Below are positions 43,394 to 57,261 of a stretch of DNA of 64,000 nucleotides, piece by piece (position 1 is the stretch's first letter; every line of letters begins with the position of its first letter). Source of the stretch: Paramecium tetraurelia (Eukaryota); NCBI GenBank assembly GCA_000165425.1, contig CT868152.1, forward strand, positions 248,001 through 312,000, written 5' to 3'. The notes beneath the pieces are model-generated. The model saw only the letters and a program-made list of their open reading frames with translations, searched no databases and had not been told where the DNA came from. A program made the translations under genes and the position numbers.

Positions 43394-44910
43394 ATGCAAT
43401 CTACTCAAGGAACAATTGATTAAATGCTAAAAAATAAAAACATTCCATTGCATGTCCAAATTCTAAATGTTTTAGAATGTGAAAGATTTGATAAATTTAT
43501 TTTATAAAAATGTGAAATACATGATGGGATTAAGTCTTTAAATATTTATCTAATATTAAATGAATGTTTAAGCTAATAGGAAGTTAAAGACTAAAAGCCT
43601 ATTATTGAAATTGAGGATTATAGATTGTAAAATGGTTTTGTAGTGGTTGGGAAATATAAGGAAGGTATGAATAATAATGTTTATGATCTTAGTTACATGC
43701 TTACCCTACAAATAATCAGGTATCAAATTTGAAGAAGGGGCTCAAGATTTGATGGAATTGAACAAATTTTCAGATTTAATCAAAGATAATTGTTATAATA
43801 TAAAAGCTACTTTATAAGATTAAGCTGAGAATCTATCTTTTGATGGTACAAAATACTTAATTTTAACATTAAATGATTCTTTAAGTCCCAAATCAATCAA
43901 AGGCCTAATATTTATTAATGTAGTAGGAATGGATGCTTATTCAGAATTTAAAAGTTTGCTTGTAAATTAAGTAGAATATATTTTTGAGAACGTGAGAGTT
44001 GGCCTATATAAAAATCAAAATAGAATATATTTTAATAACACAACTAAAATAAAAGTCATACCTTCTTCAATTTAATGGATTAAGTTCAATGATATTAAAT
44101 TTCAAATGATTGGAAAAAATTGTAATTTAGTAGGTTATATTTACAAGATTGATCAATTAAAATAAATCTCTGCTAACCTTAAAATGAGGAAACTTACTAT
44201 TTTTGATATGGATAAAAACAAAGTAAAGATAGTTGTATGGGGTTAATTAGCTGAAAAGTTGGATTTACAAGAAAAAACAACCTTAGGGTTTCTGAATTTG
44301 GTTGTTAAAGAATATTAAAACAAAATTCAGCTCCAGTTAAATTATAAAACAAGAATCATTTCTAATATAACTAGTTATATTTAAATATAGAATTTTAGTG
44401 AATAAATTGATTCAATTGATAAGAAATCCAATTTTTATAAGATGCCCGTTTCAGATCTAAAGAGCATTCAAAGTGAATTTAAATAAAATTCTGATCTTAA
44501 TTTTATTAAATACTATAGAATTACAAGCTCTATTTTCAGCATTTAAGAGGTTGATTCAATCGTAGCTGGAAACAAAAATTTATAGCTTCAACTGATCCTA
44601 GGAGACGAACTTCAAATTGATTTGGTAGTAAGAGTTAGTGAGAACAAATTCATAAAAAGGATTTTAAGTAAATATATTCAAAAAAGTTAGGTTTGAATAA
44701 TGACGATCTAAAAGTATTGGAAGAGAACACTTAGAAATTTGACAAAAACAAATTATTAAAGAAGCTTAGAATAAAGTTTTTGATTTCATTATAATTGGAC
44801 AGAATGTCGAAGTAAAAAATGAAATAAAACCAATATTTAAAATGGTTAAGATTATGTCAAATGAAGATAAGATCGTTGATGAAATTTAAAAAAAGATTAA
44901 GCTAAATTGA
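43394..44910 (+). CDS. Divergent RPA1 (RPA70)-like multi-OB-fold protein
   Basis: STQGTIDQML...VQILNV...IHDG resembles RPA1N; GYIYKID...RKLTIFD...VKIVVWGQLAE...VKEYQNK resembles an RPA1 DNA-binding OB fold; two introns. Confidence 0.65.
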
Positions 44911-45005
44911 TATATTTAATTTCAAAATATATATTAATAAATATTTCGATTACCTATTAAGAAATTGATAACTTGATTTTAATTATTAATTTATATTAAA
45001 ATAAA

Positions 45006-48000
45006 ATGTATGCGAACAACGAAGAATTTATTACTCTTCAAAAAATTGAAAAAGAGTTATAAGGCGACCATGTATTATTTAATATTTGTAAGTAAATCGT
45101 ATAATAAAATTCAAGTAAAATATCTTTAAAGTAGATATACGATTATTGTAATTCTTCTTTGAATTTTTTAAAATACTTCTATCAAATTCATACTTAAAGG
45201 ATGTGACACAAAAAGCAATCAAAATTTTTAATGCCTTCATTTAAAAATCAAAACAGAGAAATAAAGATGCTTAAATCAGTGATTTAAGTCATTATATCAA
45301 TCAGAAGTATTTCGATATATTAGGTACCATGTATTATATATAAAGCTAATTACTACGAAAAGGCAGTGTTAGGAGGAATAGAAGAAGCAAATAAGCATAT
45401 CAATTACATTTATTTTAAAAAAATTGTTAAGGATTATATTGATTAGCCTTAAAATTAAAATCAATAATCCGCTAAATCTATACTAACCTTAATTGAACAA
45501 ACCTATAAAAATTTCTAAGGTACCACACCCTCAGATTTTGAAATATAACTATATGAAAGCTTAAATTCAGAAGAATAAGAATTATTTGCTTAGATTGTCT
45601 CTGATGATCAAAATAAAGTAGCTAAAAAGTAAGAAAGCTTATTCGATAAATTTTTATTAACCTTCCCAAACGACCTCCAAGATAGATATAAAACTTAAAA
45701 CTGTAGTACTGTTTATGAATTCTATAAGTGTTTACAAAAATAAAAGGTTGGGGTAGAAAAAGTCTTAGGTTTCATTTTTTAAGAAAAATTGAATTATTAT
45801 GTGAATTAATAATATTTGAATATCCAAACTTAGAAGGCAAAAGCGAGAAAAAATGATCTACAAAATACATTAAGTGAACTAGAGAAGAATATTTTAGAAT
45901 AAAATAAAGATTATTTTAGTTTTGTGGAAATTTCATATGTGAAATACTTTTACAAAAGTATCAAAGCAAAAAAGTGTTAATAAAGTCTTTAGTAAAATTT
46001 TTCATTTCGAAGGAAATTATTGGAGTTTATAAAACAAGAAATAAATGCTGCCCAAACACCAAAGTAGTGGAAACCATTCCCTTAAAATATATGGTAAGAG
46101 ATTTATTAAGAGCTTTATTCAAATTTAAATGACATAAATAATTAAGAGGATGCCAATTTATAATTTAAAATCATCTAATCAATACAACAATTGATAATTT
46201 ACTTCTTCCGTTTTAGATGGAATTATTTATTTTTATTTTGTGTAATTATTGTCGAAGCCAATTTTAGTAATGATGAATTAGATAATATGATTAACATTGC
46301 TTATGATATGATGACTTCTACAACAAGGAGTAATTTGAATATTCCTTTTGGAAAAATCTTAAGTATGTTTAATGAAAAAGCTAAAACCTAAATAACCTCT
46401 GTATACTTTGAACGACAAGGCTAAAATTTGGGTTACGATTCATTACTTTTAGTCGAGAGCTAATTAAAGTTTATTAACAATAAACTTATCAAACTAATTC
46501 TGCAAACTAGTTCATTTTAAAATAAAGTGAAAATTTATGGGGAATTAAAACATTTTGAATTGAAGTTGATGAGTGATTGCAGAGAGCATTTAAAAAATTA
46601 TAAAAAAGTTTTTGAATAATTGGCAGATTGTATTTTGGAGGGAGAAAAAGAAGAGAAAGAATGGAAAGCTTATTTTTATAAGAGTCTAACAGGTTCTTAT
46701 TTTTAAAAGTGGTATTCCATTTATAGGGAAAAACAAAACTTGGAAAAAAATAATATGTAATAATTCTGGCTATATGCTTTGTCTATTTAAACATTGAAAT
46801 AGGATTACTAAAATAAATAATTAGGGTTGTATTAGGATGTTTTTGAAAGGGAGGAAAAAATATGTAATATTTGCATTCAGTTTATCTAAAGAGACGTTGA
46901 AAAAATCTACATGTAATTTTAATAATTGCAACCTGCTTAATAGCAAAACTTAGAAGGTTATAAGGAACTCATGTAGAATTTCATAGATATTTTTCTTAAG
47001 GATAATCCCTTTATTATCTTTTTGCCTTCATTGTTAAGAGGAATTCCTTAGAATAGATCGAAATCTCTTAACATAGAGAAGATCGAAAGGGATTAAGTTT
47101 CTAGCTGTTGCTTTCAAGGATAAGAGTTAAAGTGAGGTCTAAAAATTATTTGATTCTCTCAATTTACCTAAGGATTAGAATAATTTTGAATGGCTATATA
47201 AGATTTCTTAATAAGTCTTTAACTTCTATCTCTAATTGAATATACCACCTAATGATCTCTAATAATTCAAGCCATTGAATGATCCTTTTCCGAATTTCAA
47301 TTCAATGAAATCTCTTGCAGATTACAACACTACATATTATAATGCGATTTGCATATTTACAAGTAAATTTTTTTCTTTGGACATTAAATTTCATATAAAA
47401 AATGAGGATGTCATGAAGGCTGACTTTTTAAAAAAGATATATTCATTAATGAACGATAAATCTAATTTTGAAAGTTAAAGTGCAGATTAATTAATGGTAT
47501 AGATGACATAAAACTTTATGGAATTCAAAAATTACAAGTCGTAATTAATTAAGGAAGCTAATTCAAATAGTGGGGATCAAGCTTTTAACAGCAAATGCTT
47601 TGAGCTTTTTTAAAAGTGTTTTTATAAGAAGACTATTGTTTTAGAAATGTTGGATTACAAAAAACTTAATAAGATTGCCTTAAATGAAACAGAAAATCAT
47701 TTATTTGTACAATAACTTTTGACTATTGCCTATAATTAGGAAAGCAAGCATGTAGATTAACTAAACAAGAAAAAAGTAGATGATTACTTCAAACAATTGA
47801 GTTTAATTTCTCCTTAGCAGGCTATTGATAAAATGCAAAAAGACTTGGTACAACAATAGGACACTTATCTCAAAGAATTACTTAAAAGAAACTTATAAAA
47901 ATTTAAAGAAGAATAAGATAAATATATCAATAAACCCCAGTAACAGGTATCTTAAGGTAAATAGTCAATTCTACAGACGGCAGTTGTAGCAAAGAAACTC

Positions 48001-48855
48001 TAATAATTAAGAAATTAATATAAGGAATTTCAAGTTGAAGATCAATAAGTTTTGGCTTTCTTAAGTGATTAATTTAGTTTTTATATGAAGAATTTGTTGG
48101 GAAAAGTCATTTAATCAGTTCTAATTTAAAAGCCTGGGTATGAATTTAAATTGTACTAAAATAAAGGTGCATCTGCTATTGATACATAATCAGTAAAATA
48201 CAAATAATAGATGGAGATGTAAAAAAAATATGGTCCTCAAAAGAATCAATTTATTGATTAATCTTTATTAGTTGGCACTGAAAATAAACTTTCATTAACC
48301 TACGAACTCTGTGACTACACTCCTATTTAAAGGTAGGTGGAATTTAGAAATTTTCTGTCTGAAATAGAACCTCATTAGGAAGACAAACTAAAAAATAAAA
48401 TTAGAAAAAACAAATGGAAAGAAGAGCATCCAGAATTGGAGGAAATATTAAAAAAGAGAATTAAGAGAGGGGCTGAACTATGGAATCAAGTGTAGGATTT
48501 CCTGTGTAAAAGAGAAAATAATGATTATATAGGAGATTCAGAGGAGGAATCTGATAAGGTGAAGGAACAGCAACAATAACTTACTGATAATATTGATGAT
48601 GATTAATTGGATTTGAAAATACAAGATATTTAAAGAAATTCAGAACGTCTTTTGATTGCTGGGAAAACACATATAAAAACTAGGTTAATATTTGCATTAG
48701 ATTTTTAGATTGAATAATATGGAAAGCGATAATCCGTTGTTGACTCAAAAGGTGATTACTGTAAAAACTGTTTAATTTGTGCTAGAATAGCATCCATACT
48801 TTAGTAGAAGTAGAATATTATATAAATCTTATATCTTATGAGAATAATGATTTGA
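45006..48855 (+). CDS. Large hypothetical helical protein (over 1200 aa)
   Basis: Long code-6 ORF; intron near 45088 and a frame change near 47097-47118; C-terminal CKNCLIC; no family recognised. Confidence 0.6.
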
Positions 48856-48981
48856 TTATTATAAAAATAAAGAAGTTTAATTTTCAATTTATGAAGTAAA
48901 TTTTGCAAAGCCGTGTGGAAATATTGCAATAAAAAAGGCTATTTCATTCTAAACTATTGTTATATTTTATTTTAATAAATA

Positions 48982-50494
48982 ATGAATAATGTTACAGCTT
49001 CTCTAAAGGATTTATTACCCTCGAATTAAAAGGCTGTAATAAAGTTCAAAATAACCCCTGGTAAGAAAATAGACTCAATCTGCCAATGCAATTTAAAAAC
49101 TTGCATGATATGTTCTCGTAAAAGATCATCATCTATGCTTTCTTTAAAATCAATAAAAAACTCAGTTGTCGTTGATGAGAACTCTCCAGGTCTCAAAAGA
49201 ACAGATAATAAAAACAATTTTGTAATACAATCTAGCCTTCTTTCTAAGTAACTATCAAGATAAGTATCTAACCATCAAATCCAAAATTAATTTTACAATG
49301 GAAAAATTAATCAGGAATCAAAAGGCAGCACAAACTCGACTACTTGGATAATGACAAACTCTCATTCTCGAAAAATATCAGTAGATAGTCCAATAAAGGA
49401 AGTCTAATAATAAACTTTAAATCCAATGGGAATAGGAAGACATTCTTTTAAATTTCTATATGTAGTTGGTAAGGGAGGGTTTGGTAAGGTGTGGAGAGTA
49501 GAAATGAAAGCGAATCGATAAGAATATGCTTTAAAAGAGATGTTGAAAACAAAGTAATAATATCTAAATATATAGAATCATATCTAAGAGATCAGTAAAT
49601 TCAGTTATGAATGAGAAATTCCTTCTCGAACACTTAAAGCATCCTTTTATAGTGAACATGCATTATGCATTTTAAGACAGAGAAAATTTATATTTAGTTT
49701 TAGATTTACTAAGAGGAGGCGATTTAAGATATCATTTAGGTAGAATGAAAAAATTCTCGGAAGAATAAACAAGTATGAATAAATGATAAAGTTTAGAATT
49801 TTTCGCTTGTTGCATTTTATTGTCTTTGCAATATTTACATCAGCACGGAATCATCCACAGGGATGTCAAACCTGAGAATTTAGTGTTTGATAAGGATGGG
49901 TTCTTAAGATTAACAGATTTAGGAGTAGCTAGATTAAATAAGGATAGTGTTGCCAATGATACTTCAGGTACTCCTGGATACATGGCACCTGAAGTTATGT
50001 GTAGGATGGAACACTCCTTCCCAGTTGACTATTATGCTCTGGGTGTGATTGTTTATGAACTTTTACTTGGCAAAAGACCATATAATGGAAAGAATCGATA
50101 AGAAATTAGAGAGTAAATATTAGCTAAATAAATGCAAATCAAAGAAAACACTCCAGGGATAAGCAATAAGGCAATCGATTTTGTCAATAAAGTATTTATT
50201 AAATTTATTATTAGTTGCTCATTAGAAAACCATAATAAAGACTGGGATTTAATGGAATTGATGAAATCTTTAGTCATTCTTGGTTATATAATTTTCCTTG
50301 GGGAAAACTATTAAACAAAGAAATCAGATCTCTATATGTACCTGGTGTAAGTTAACTAAATTATGTAGAGCATTGATGGCAACTATGATTTTTAAAGTTA
50401 GATCTCAGGCGACAGTGAGCCTTAAGAGGATAGTTCTATGGTGCTAAGAAGGAAGAGCGTATAAGGGTTATTTGAAGGATACAAATTCCAATGA
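48982..50494 (+). CDS. AGC-family Ser/Thr kinase (ciliate-expanded type)
   Basis: VVGKGGFGKVW, YALKEM, HRDVKPEN, LTDLG, DTSGTPGYMAPE, DYYALG. Confidence 0.92.
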
Positions 50495-53400
50495 GATAAA
50501 TCATTTATCCTTCTCCATTTTATAATTTTGTTATTAATATATCATTCTTAAAACATCTTTATGAATAATCAATATTATATGATCCTAATAGATGGAGTTT
50601 CTTCATGCAAAAAGAAATTATGGAGTAAATCTGTAGAATAATAATTAAATGCTATGGAGCTCTAAAACTTTAATAGTAAGAAGCTGAAGCCTAAAGATGG
50701 CAATGTATTATTGAGATTGGCTAACAAACTCACAAAGATTCAGTCAATTTTTATTATCATTTTTATATTATATTACCTCTAATTATATTATAATCATATG
50801 ACGTATGTGAAAAGATAGATTAATTTTGAAATATATTTAGAATTAAAGAATTATCACTAAGAACACATAAATCATCACTCTATGTATAATAATAATAAAA
50901 TCTTTTATGAACTTTAATCAAGGACTGAAATTCAAATAAATTATAATCAAAGTGTGATAGTCAATTTAATTCCTTTAATTTAAATTTTGTTCTTTTTTTA
51001 CTCAATCTTATGGTTTCTTTTTATATTTATTCTGCACTTTTAATCAAAAAAGATTTATCCCTTTGTCTATGAGAGAGCTCTTCTTAGAGATTGCCAATAG
51101 TTACAATCACTATATCAGGACAATAATGTATAAAAGATTAGGATTAGTCGTATAATAATCTATTTAAACTTATATCATATATTCTGTTTTTTTTAGTTAC
51201 AGTTAACAAATCTTGATATGAATGCACAGTATTAGAGGAATTACTATTAGAAATAGTTATTTAAGTAATAAAGAAAGATGGATGATGTTATGTAGTAAAA
51301 AAATTGCCAGGAGGTTAATCAAAATAGTTTGAGTTCAATAAATATGAAACAAATTAAGCAGCATTATTAACAACTATAACAGTTATAGTTCTATTTTTAT
51401 TTTGAACAATTACTCGTTTCAACTATTATGCTTTATTTTTTAGAGATTAATGCTGATCATATTTAAAATGAATAGTCTATAATAAACTAATGATAGTGGA
51501 TTAATGATAATGATTCTTTGTTTAAAGCATAGCATGTTGATATTTTCTTGATGATTACTCTTATTATTATACTTAAAATATTTCCTCCATTTCCAAAGAA
51601 GGTAAATCAGTTTAACTACTAGCATTATTGTACTATTTAGATTCTTCTTAAATTCCACTGTTTTGTTGTTTTTAATATTGGGAGTTCATTTTTCTAGGAT
51701 GCTATTAGAGTGATAGATTATTTAATCTTCCTGTTTTTGGTTGATTATTAGGTGATAACGATAACTATGCCTTATTTTATAATCTATATGTCAAGGGATC
51801 TATCTTCTGACTCCAGGGAGAAAAATGTAGCATTTATTATTATATATAAATAATAATTTTTGAATTGTAATAAATGTAAGTCTCAACAGAAATAAAATTA
51901 TTCAAATTCCACTTTAACTCACAATCAAGAATAACCATTTTTATGAAACTCATCAATATAAATTTTAATATGTGCATTATTACTCTAAAAATATGAAATC
52001 TGAAAAAATTAGTTCTTAGTCTTATAGAACTAGAACTCAACCAAACAAGGAGGTACTTATATAAAAAATAACAATTATAAATTGATAAAAATATATTGTC
52101 AATAAAATATCCTTTAAAAATTTGTTGAATATTTTTCCTTCTTTAAATTTATTAATTGAATTGTAGAGATCTTCAAATAGAGAATCATTTATTTAATGAC
52201 TGTTATAAAAAGTAAAATCTTCCCTTATTGAATTAGATTAGTATATTTTGTTAATATTTTTTGATTATAAGTAGATTTGCTCTATAAAAAGTAAATAAAT
52301 TTAAAATTCCAACACAACAAGCAGTTATAGAATAAATGATATCCTTGAACTAGGATAATATTTAAAAAAAAGTAAAAATTAAATCAAATCATCTGTTTCT
52401 AATAAGTAAAATATGTGAAAATAATATGAATCGACTTGAAAGTATATGAAAGATATTGATATCATATAATTGATTAATAAAGTGCTAATAAGATATGAGT
52501 AATGATCTGTTAATTCAATTAAAAATCTATAGAGTTATCCAAATTTATTTTTTTATTAATTTTACATTACAATAATTAGTTTAGTTTAAAATAATAAAAT
52601 ACTTTATGATTATTTGAAAGATAGATTTAGCATTCAATTTCTTAAAGATATTTTCTTCCTAAAAAACATATTATTTTTGCATTTTATCATTTTTAGATTA
52701 TCAAATAACTTTATAAATATTCAACTACCTTCATGTTTTTTATTAAGAGTTACAGATATTCTTTTGATTACTTAATTAATATTTAAACTTTTGCTTGGCT
52801 TTATGAGGCTTAACATTTTAAATTTGTTTGAATTAAGAAAGATATTTAATTATGAGTTGAGTCCACATATGATTAAATGATATTTATCTTTTAGACTTAT
52901 TTAAACTGCTTAAATTTTAAGAGTTTAATGTTCTATAAATGGGAACAAAAATTTTAATATAATGAACATAGCACAAAAATAACTAATTTAATTGAAGATT
53001 ATTTATAAATAATATTTCTAGAACTTAAAAATAGTGTTTACTCCATTCAAAAGATGGGATTAACCTTAATTAAACCAAAATATAATTTATAGTATTGTTT
53101 CACTTGAATAGTATAATATAAGTTTGGATAATAAAAAATTTAATTTTGAGTGAACTAGTGTTTATGATGAATTTAAAGGACAAGATTAGTGTAAGATTAA
53201 ATTGAAGAATTGAGTTGAACAAAATTGAATATGGAATGCATCAAACATATAGTTATATAAGAGTAAAATAATCTATTATTTGTAGGAATATTTACAATTC
53301 ATAGAATGAGGTCTTTTTGAGTAAAAAATACTTTAGTTGTCTTCCTCCAAAAAAGACAATTTACATTCTTGGTTTTGTATACTTTTAATTTTATGTTATT

Positions 53401-53740
53401 GCAATCAAATTATTCATTTTTGAAAGTTACACCAATTTATATATTTATATTAAAAATAGAAAAAGATATTAGATGAATAGCCAAGTTAATGCAATTAGAA
53501 AAAAGTGAGAGAGTGATATGGAATCTAAGAATGTTTAATTAAAGGATGCCATTTTTGGATGATTCAAGACAATGTTTATTTATAAATAATTAAGGAAATA
53601 TTTATTTCCAATATATAATTGCATATTAATTTGAAAAGGCTGAAACGTTGTTATTTAATTGCGAAATAGGGACCGAGTTTTAAAAAGCATTGAAGAGGGC
53701 AAGCAAGTCTTTAATGATTATCCGAAATTATAAGGTAGAG

Positions 53741-53745
53741 CCAAT
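53741..53745 (+). promoter_or_regulatory. CCAAT box upstream of the histone gene
   Basis: gagCCAATcaaa about 75 bp upstream of the H2A.Z ATG; CCAAT is typical of histone promoters, but function here is untested. Confidence 0.35.
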
Positions 53746-53817
53746 CAAATTTGAGTTTATCGATTCTTAAACAGAGTATATATTAGTTTTTAAAGCTTAA
53801 AATAAATTAGCATCAAA

Positions 53818-54334
53818 ATGGTAATATATGCATAATATAGTATAGAGTGGCATTGCAAAGAGCGCTAAAGGAGGAAAAGGTGGAAAAGGCGGAAAAGGAG
53901 GAAAATTTGGTCAAGGAAAGAATAAGAAAGCCCCATAATCCAGGTCTTTGAAAGCAGGGCTTTAAGTAGTGAATTTGACAATAATAAGTTCCCTGTGGGT
54001 CGTATTCATAGATATTTGAAGCAAAGAGTATCAGCCAAGAACAGAGTAGGAACAACATCAGCCGTATACACATCAGCAATTTTAGAGTATTTGACAGCTG
54101 AAGTGCTCGAATTAGCTGGAAATGCTTCAAAAGACTTCAAAGGTATTGTAATTATAATTAATTTCTTCTTTAGTCAGAAGAATCACACCAAGACATCTTT
54201 AATTAGCAATTAGAGGTGATGAGGAACTCGACATTCTTATCAGAGCAACCATTGCAGGAGGTGGTGTTATTCCACATATTCACAAGGCTTTATTAGGAAA
54301 ATAAACACCAGAAGGAGGAATTCCAAAGGAATGA
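53818..54334 (+). CDS. H2A.Z: Histone H2A.Z (ciliate hv1-like variant)
   Basis: [12 protein letters not shown] tail, [70 protein letters not shown]; three introns. Confidence 0.96.
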
Positions 54335-54350
54335 CATATATTATATTAAT

Positions 54351-55353
54351 TCATAGAAAATATTAATGTTAAAGAGCTTCGCTAATAGTGATTCTTCTAG
54401 AAGGCTCTAACTAAATCATCCTGTCGATTAAATCAGCTCCTTCATACCCAATCTTGGAGAGTAACTTTTCTGTATACAAATACTTGGTTGGATAAAATCG
54501 AGGAAATGCTGCAGCCTCTTGATGAATTAAATAGAGTTACATTGAACAAAGGTAAGTTACAAAGAGAGGGTGCAATAAAGTCACTGGGAGTACCTAATTT
54601 AGAGAATATCTTGAATAGCATTTCGATTTAAGCGTCTCCATTAAAGAGAATTTCTTTCATAACTACTTAATAGAATACGCAACCCAATGACCATACATCC
54701 ACAGACACTTGATACTTGCAAGATTATAATACAATTTACATTTTAGCAACCCAGTAAATTTTCAGGTGGTCTGAAGTGCAAAGTGATGACATCAGAAGAA
54801 TGTTTTTCACAATTAGAATTGAAATTTCTACATTGTCCGAAATTCATTCTGGCTATACCGAAGTCACTTATAAACACATTTTGGTTTTCATCAACAAGAA
54901 TATTCAAAGGTTTCAAATCTCTATGCATGAAGCCTAATTTGTGGATGTTGTGAACTCCAAGCAAAAGTTGCTTGAAAACCTTTTTATAATCGATTTCATC
55001 ATTCTTTTTAATGTGTTCATAAAGATTGTAAGGATAAAATGGTAAAACTATATAAACACATCCATTTTCAAAGATTACTTTTTACAAAGGAACTATGTGA
55101 TTTTGCCCCTTTAAAGAGCTGAGGGCAGCTATTTCCCTATAACTAAATATACAACAATTACCTGAAGGTGGATTACTCAATCTATTAAGACCTTCCAGAG
55201 AAAATTCTTTTGATAGCGAAGATTTCATCTAATGATATTAAAATTGATGTGTTTACTTGTATTTTCATCGACTGCTTTATAAACAACTCCGAATGCTCCT
55301 TAACCTACTTTCTCTTTAAGAAGAAATTATTGGACTTTTTTATTATCCTACAT
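54351..55353 (-). CDS. CDK-like kinase with QSTFRE in place of PSTAIRE
   Basis: VGQGAFGVVYKA, FAIKRI, EQSTFREIAAL, HRDLKPLN, SDFGIAR, VITLHFRPPE, DVWSLG. Confidence 0.88.
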
Positions 55354-56152
55354 TATCAAACAAAATTTACAAAAAAAGCAAATTAAATAATGAAAATTAA
55401 CTCTCAACCATCTCTTTAACTATAAATCGTCAAAATTATGAAAAAAAGATTTTTCATATTAGATATATTTATCATTTAATATTATTTTTAATTATATTAA
55501 AATTTAGAGGAATCATGTTTACATAATTGCTTATAGAGAAAACAGATATAAAATTATGAGGAAACTAACTCATTTAAATTTGCAGTTTTTGTAATAGTCA
55601 CATGACTTTAGTTTACAACTTGAGAGAAACTTCTTTCATTACTCGAATTTACAATGAGTTAATAAAGATGATTTATGGATATGAAATAATAATTGAGAAG
55701 GTGTAAATTATCAAGAATATTGGTATATAAATTAAAAAAGAAGTGTGAGTTGAGAATTCATTAATAATACTAAAGATTATGTTCTTTAAAATAGATTTTA
55801 TATATTCACAGTTGAAATTTCTTAACAATAGATGAAAGGATAAGAAGTAAAGGATTTTTCTAATTTTGATATAATCTAAATGCAGATTAACTAATGTAAA
55901 TTTATTATCTTTTAAGATAAATGATTATGTTATAAAATTTTGTATTAACTAATTGTGCGAGTAATGTATACCCCTAGCTTACTTTAAACTATGAAACTTC
56001 AATTTAAAGACTATGTTTAACTTAATTTGATTTAATTATAATATTTCATATTAATATTATGTTTTTAGATATTTTTTGTAATAAAATATTAAAAATTTGT
56101 TAACTTGAATATTATTTTATAATGTTTATAATTGATCTTATTCAATTAAAGC

Positions 56153-56946
56153 TCAATTATTTGTCATTTGTCTCATTATATGAAGGCAATTCAACAGATT
56201 ACTTAAACATCTCAAAAGAATTTGCATAATTTGTTGACAAGTCTTCAATTTGATTGACCTAATTAACCCTTTGATAACTTTAAAAGAAGTTTACAGTTTC
56301 TTACTTCAAACCTAAATGGAAAGGAGTGATGGGATCAATGATCAAATAATCGTCCTGATCATCATCCATTTGATTTTCTGAAGATTCTTCACAGTCGTTA
56401 GAATTTTAATATGTTTTATTAATTTCTAAATTTTCTTTGGTACACAAAATTTCTTGTTCTTTTTGATTCTAAATGGCGACTGTCTCATTTCCAGGAGAAT
56501 TCTATCTTGATAGTATAGCGGAAACAATAGTAGAAACTATTGTCTCCTTAATTCTTCGTTGACAAGAAAATTTTCGACCTTTAGGTATCAATAATCTAAA
56601 TTCATTATTCTTTTTTGATGACAGGATTTGATTTATGGAAACTCTGACTTTCTTTGCTAATTTTTTGATATTCTAATATACTAATTATGATTACATCATA
56701 TATAACTTTATCCTTAAAAATCTTCAATCCGTATGAAATCATGGACTATTTAAAATCTTTGTATTCGGATTTCCTCTCTTCACTGTTAACAGATTCAATA
56801 GATTTTTATTTTTTGTTCATAATGGTTGCTATCTCCTTGGCCTTCTTTCCTTATCTCTTTAACTCCATAATCCGTTTTCTTTCCTCCTGGGAGTTGAGAT
56901 TATAAACCATTCCTTTCCTATTAGAATTTGTATTTTTTTTCGGCAT
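56153..56946 (-). CDS. Hypothetical protein
   Basis: Code-6 ORF MPKKNTNSNRKGMVYNLNSQEERKR...LIDPITPFHLG; one probable intron. Confidence 0.6.
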
Positions 56947-57261
56947 TAAATCTAATTAATAAATTTAATTGTCAATAGATCAAGACTAGTAAAGGATTTG
57001 TGTTTTGAATAATTTATCCCTAATATCATCACTTTTTGGAACCCAAAGGAGACTGTAACACCTCACAGAAGATTTGTATTAAAATTCATATAAGTTTTAT
57101 TTAGATCAAAGTACTCACAATAATAAATCAAATCAAAGCATTAGAGATGGCATCCTTAAATTTGAGAAATTAAGACACATTTTAAGCTTCTTTATAGGGG
57201 GTTATCTTGAATTTACACTTCTTTAATAAACTAGTGAGTAATTAAATTTAAATATATAATA

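Noticed and set aside
47130..47190. Several in-frame TGAs suggesting readthrough or selenocysteine
   Set aside because: They occur only in the abandoned frame after the frame change; the +1 frame is open.
53868..53905. 9-bp tandem repeat
   Set aside because: Encodes the GGK repeats of the H2A.Z tail.
53813..54130. 105-aa minus-strand ORF
   Set aside because: Antisense to H2A.Z.
56980..57080. Minus-strand GTGATGA C-box suggesting a C/D snoRNA
   Set aside because: No canonical CTGA D box at a suitable distance and no terminal stem seen.
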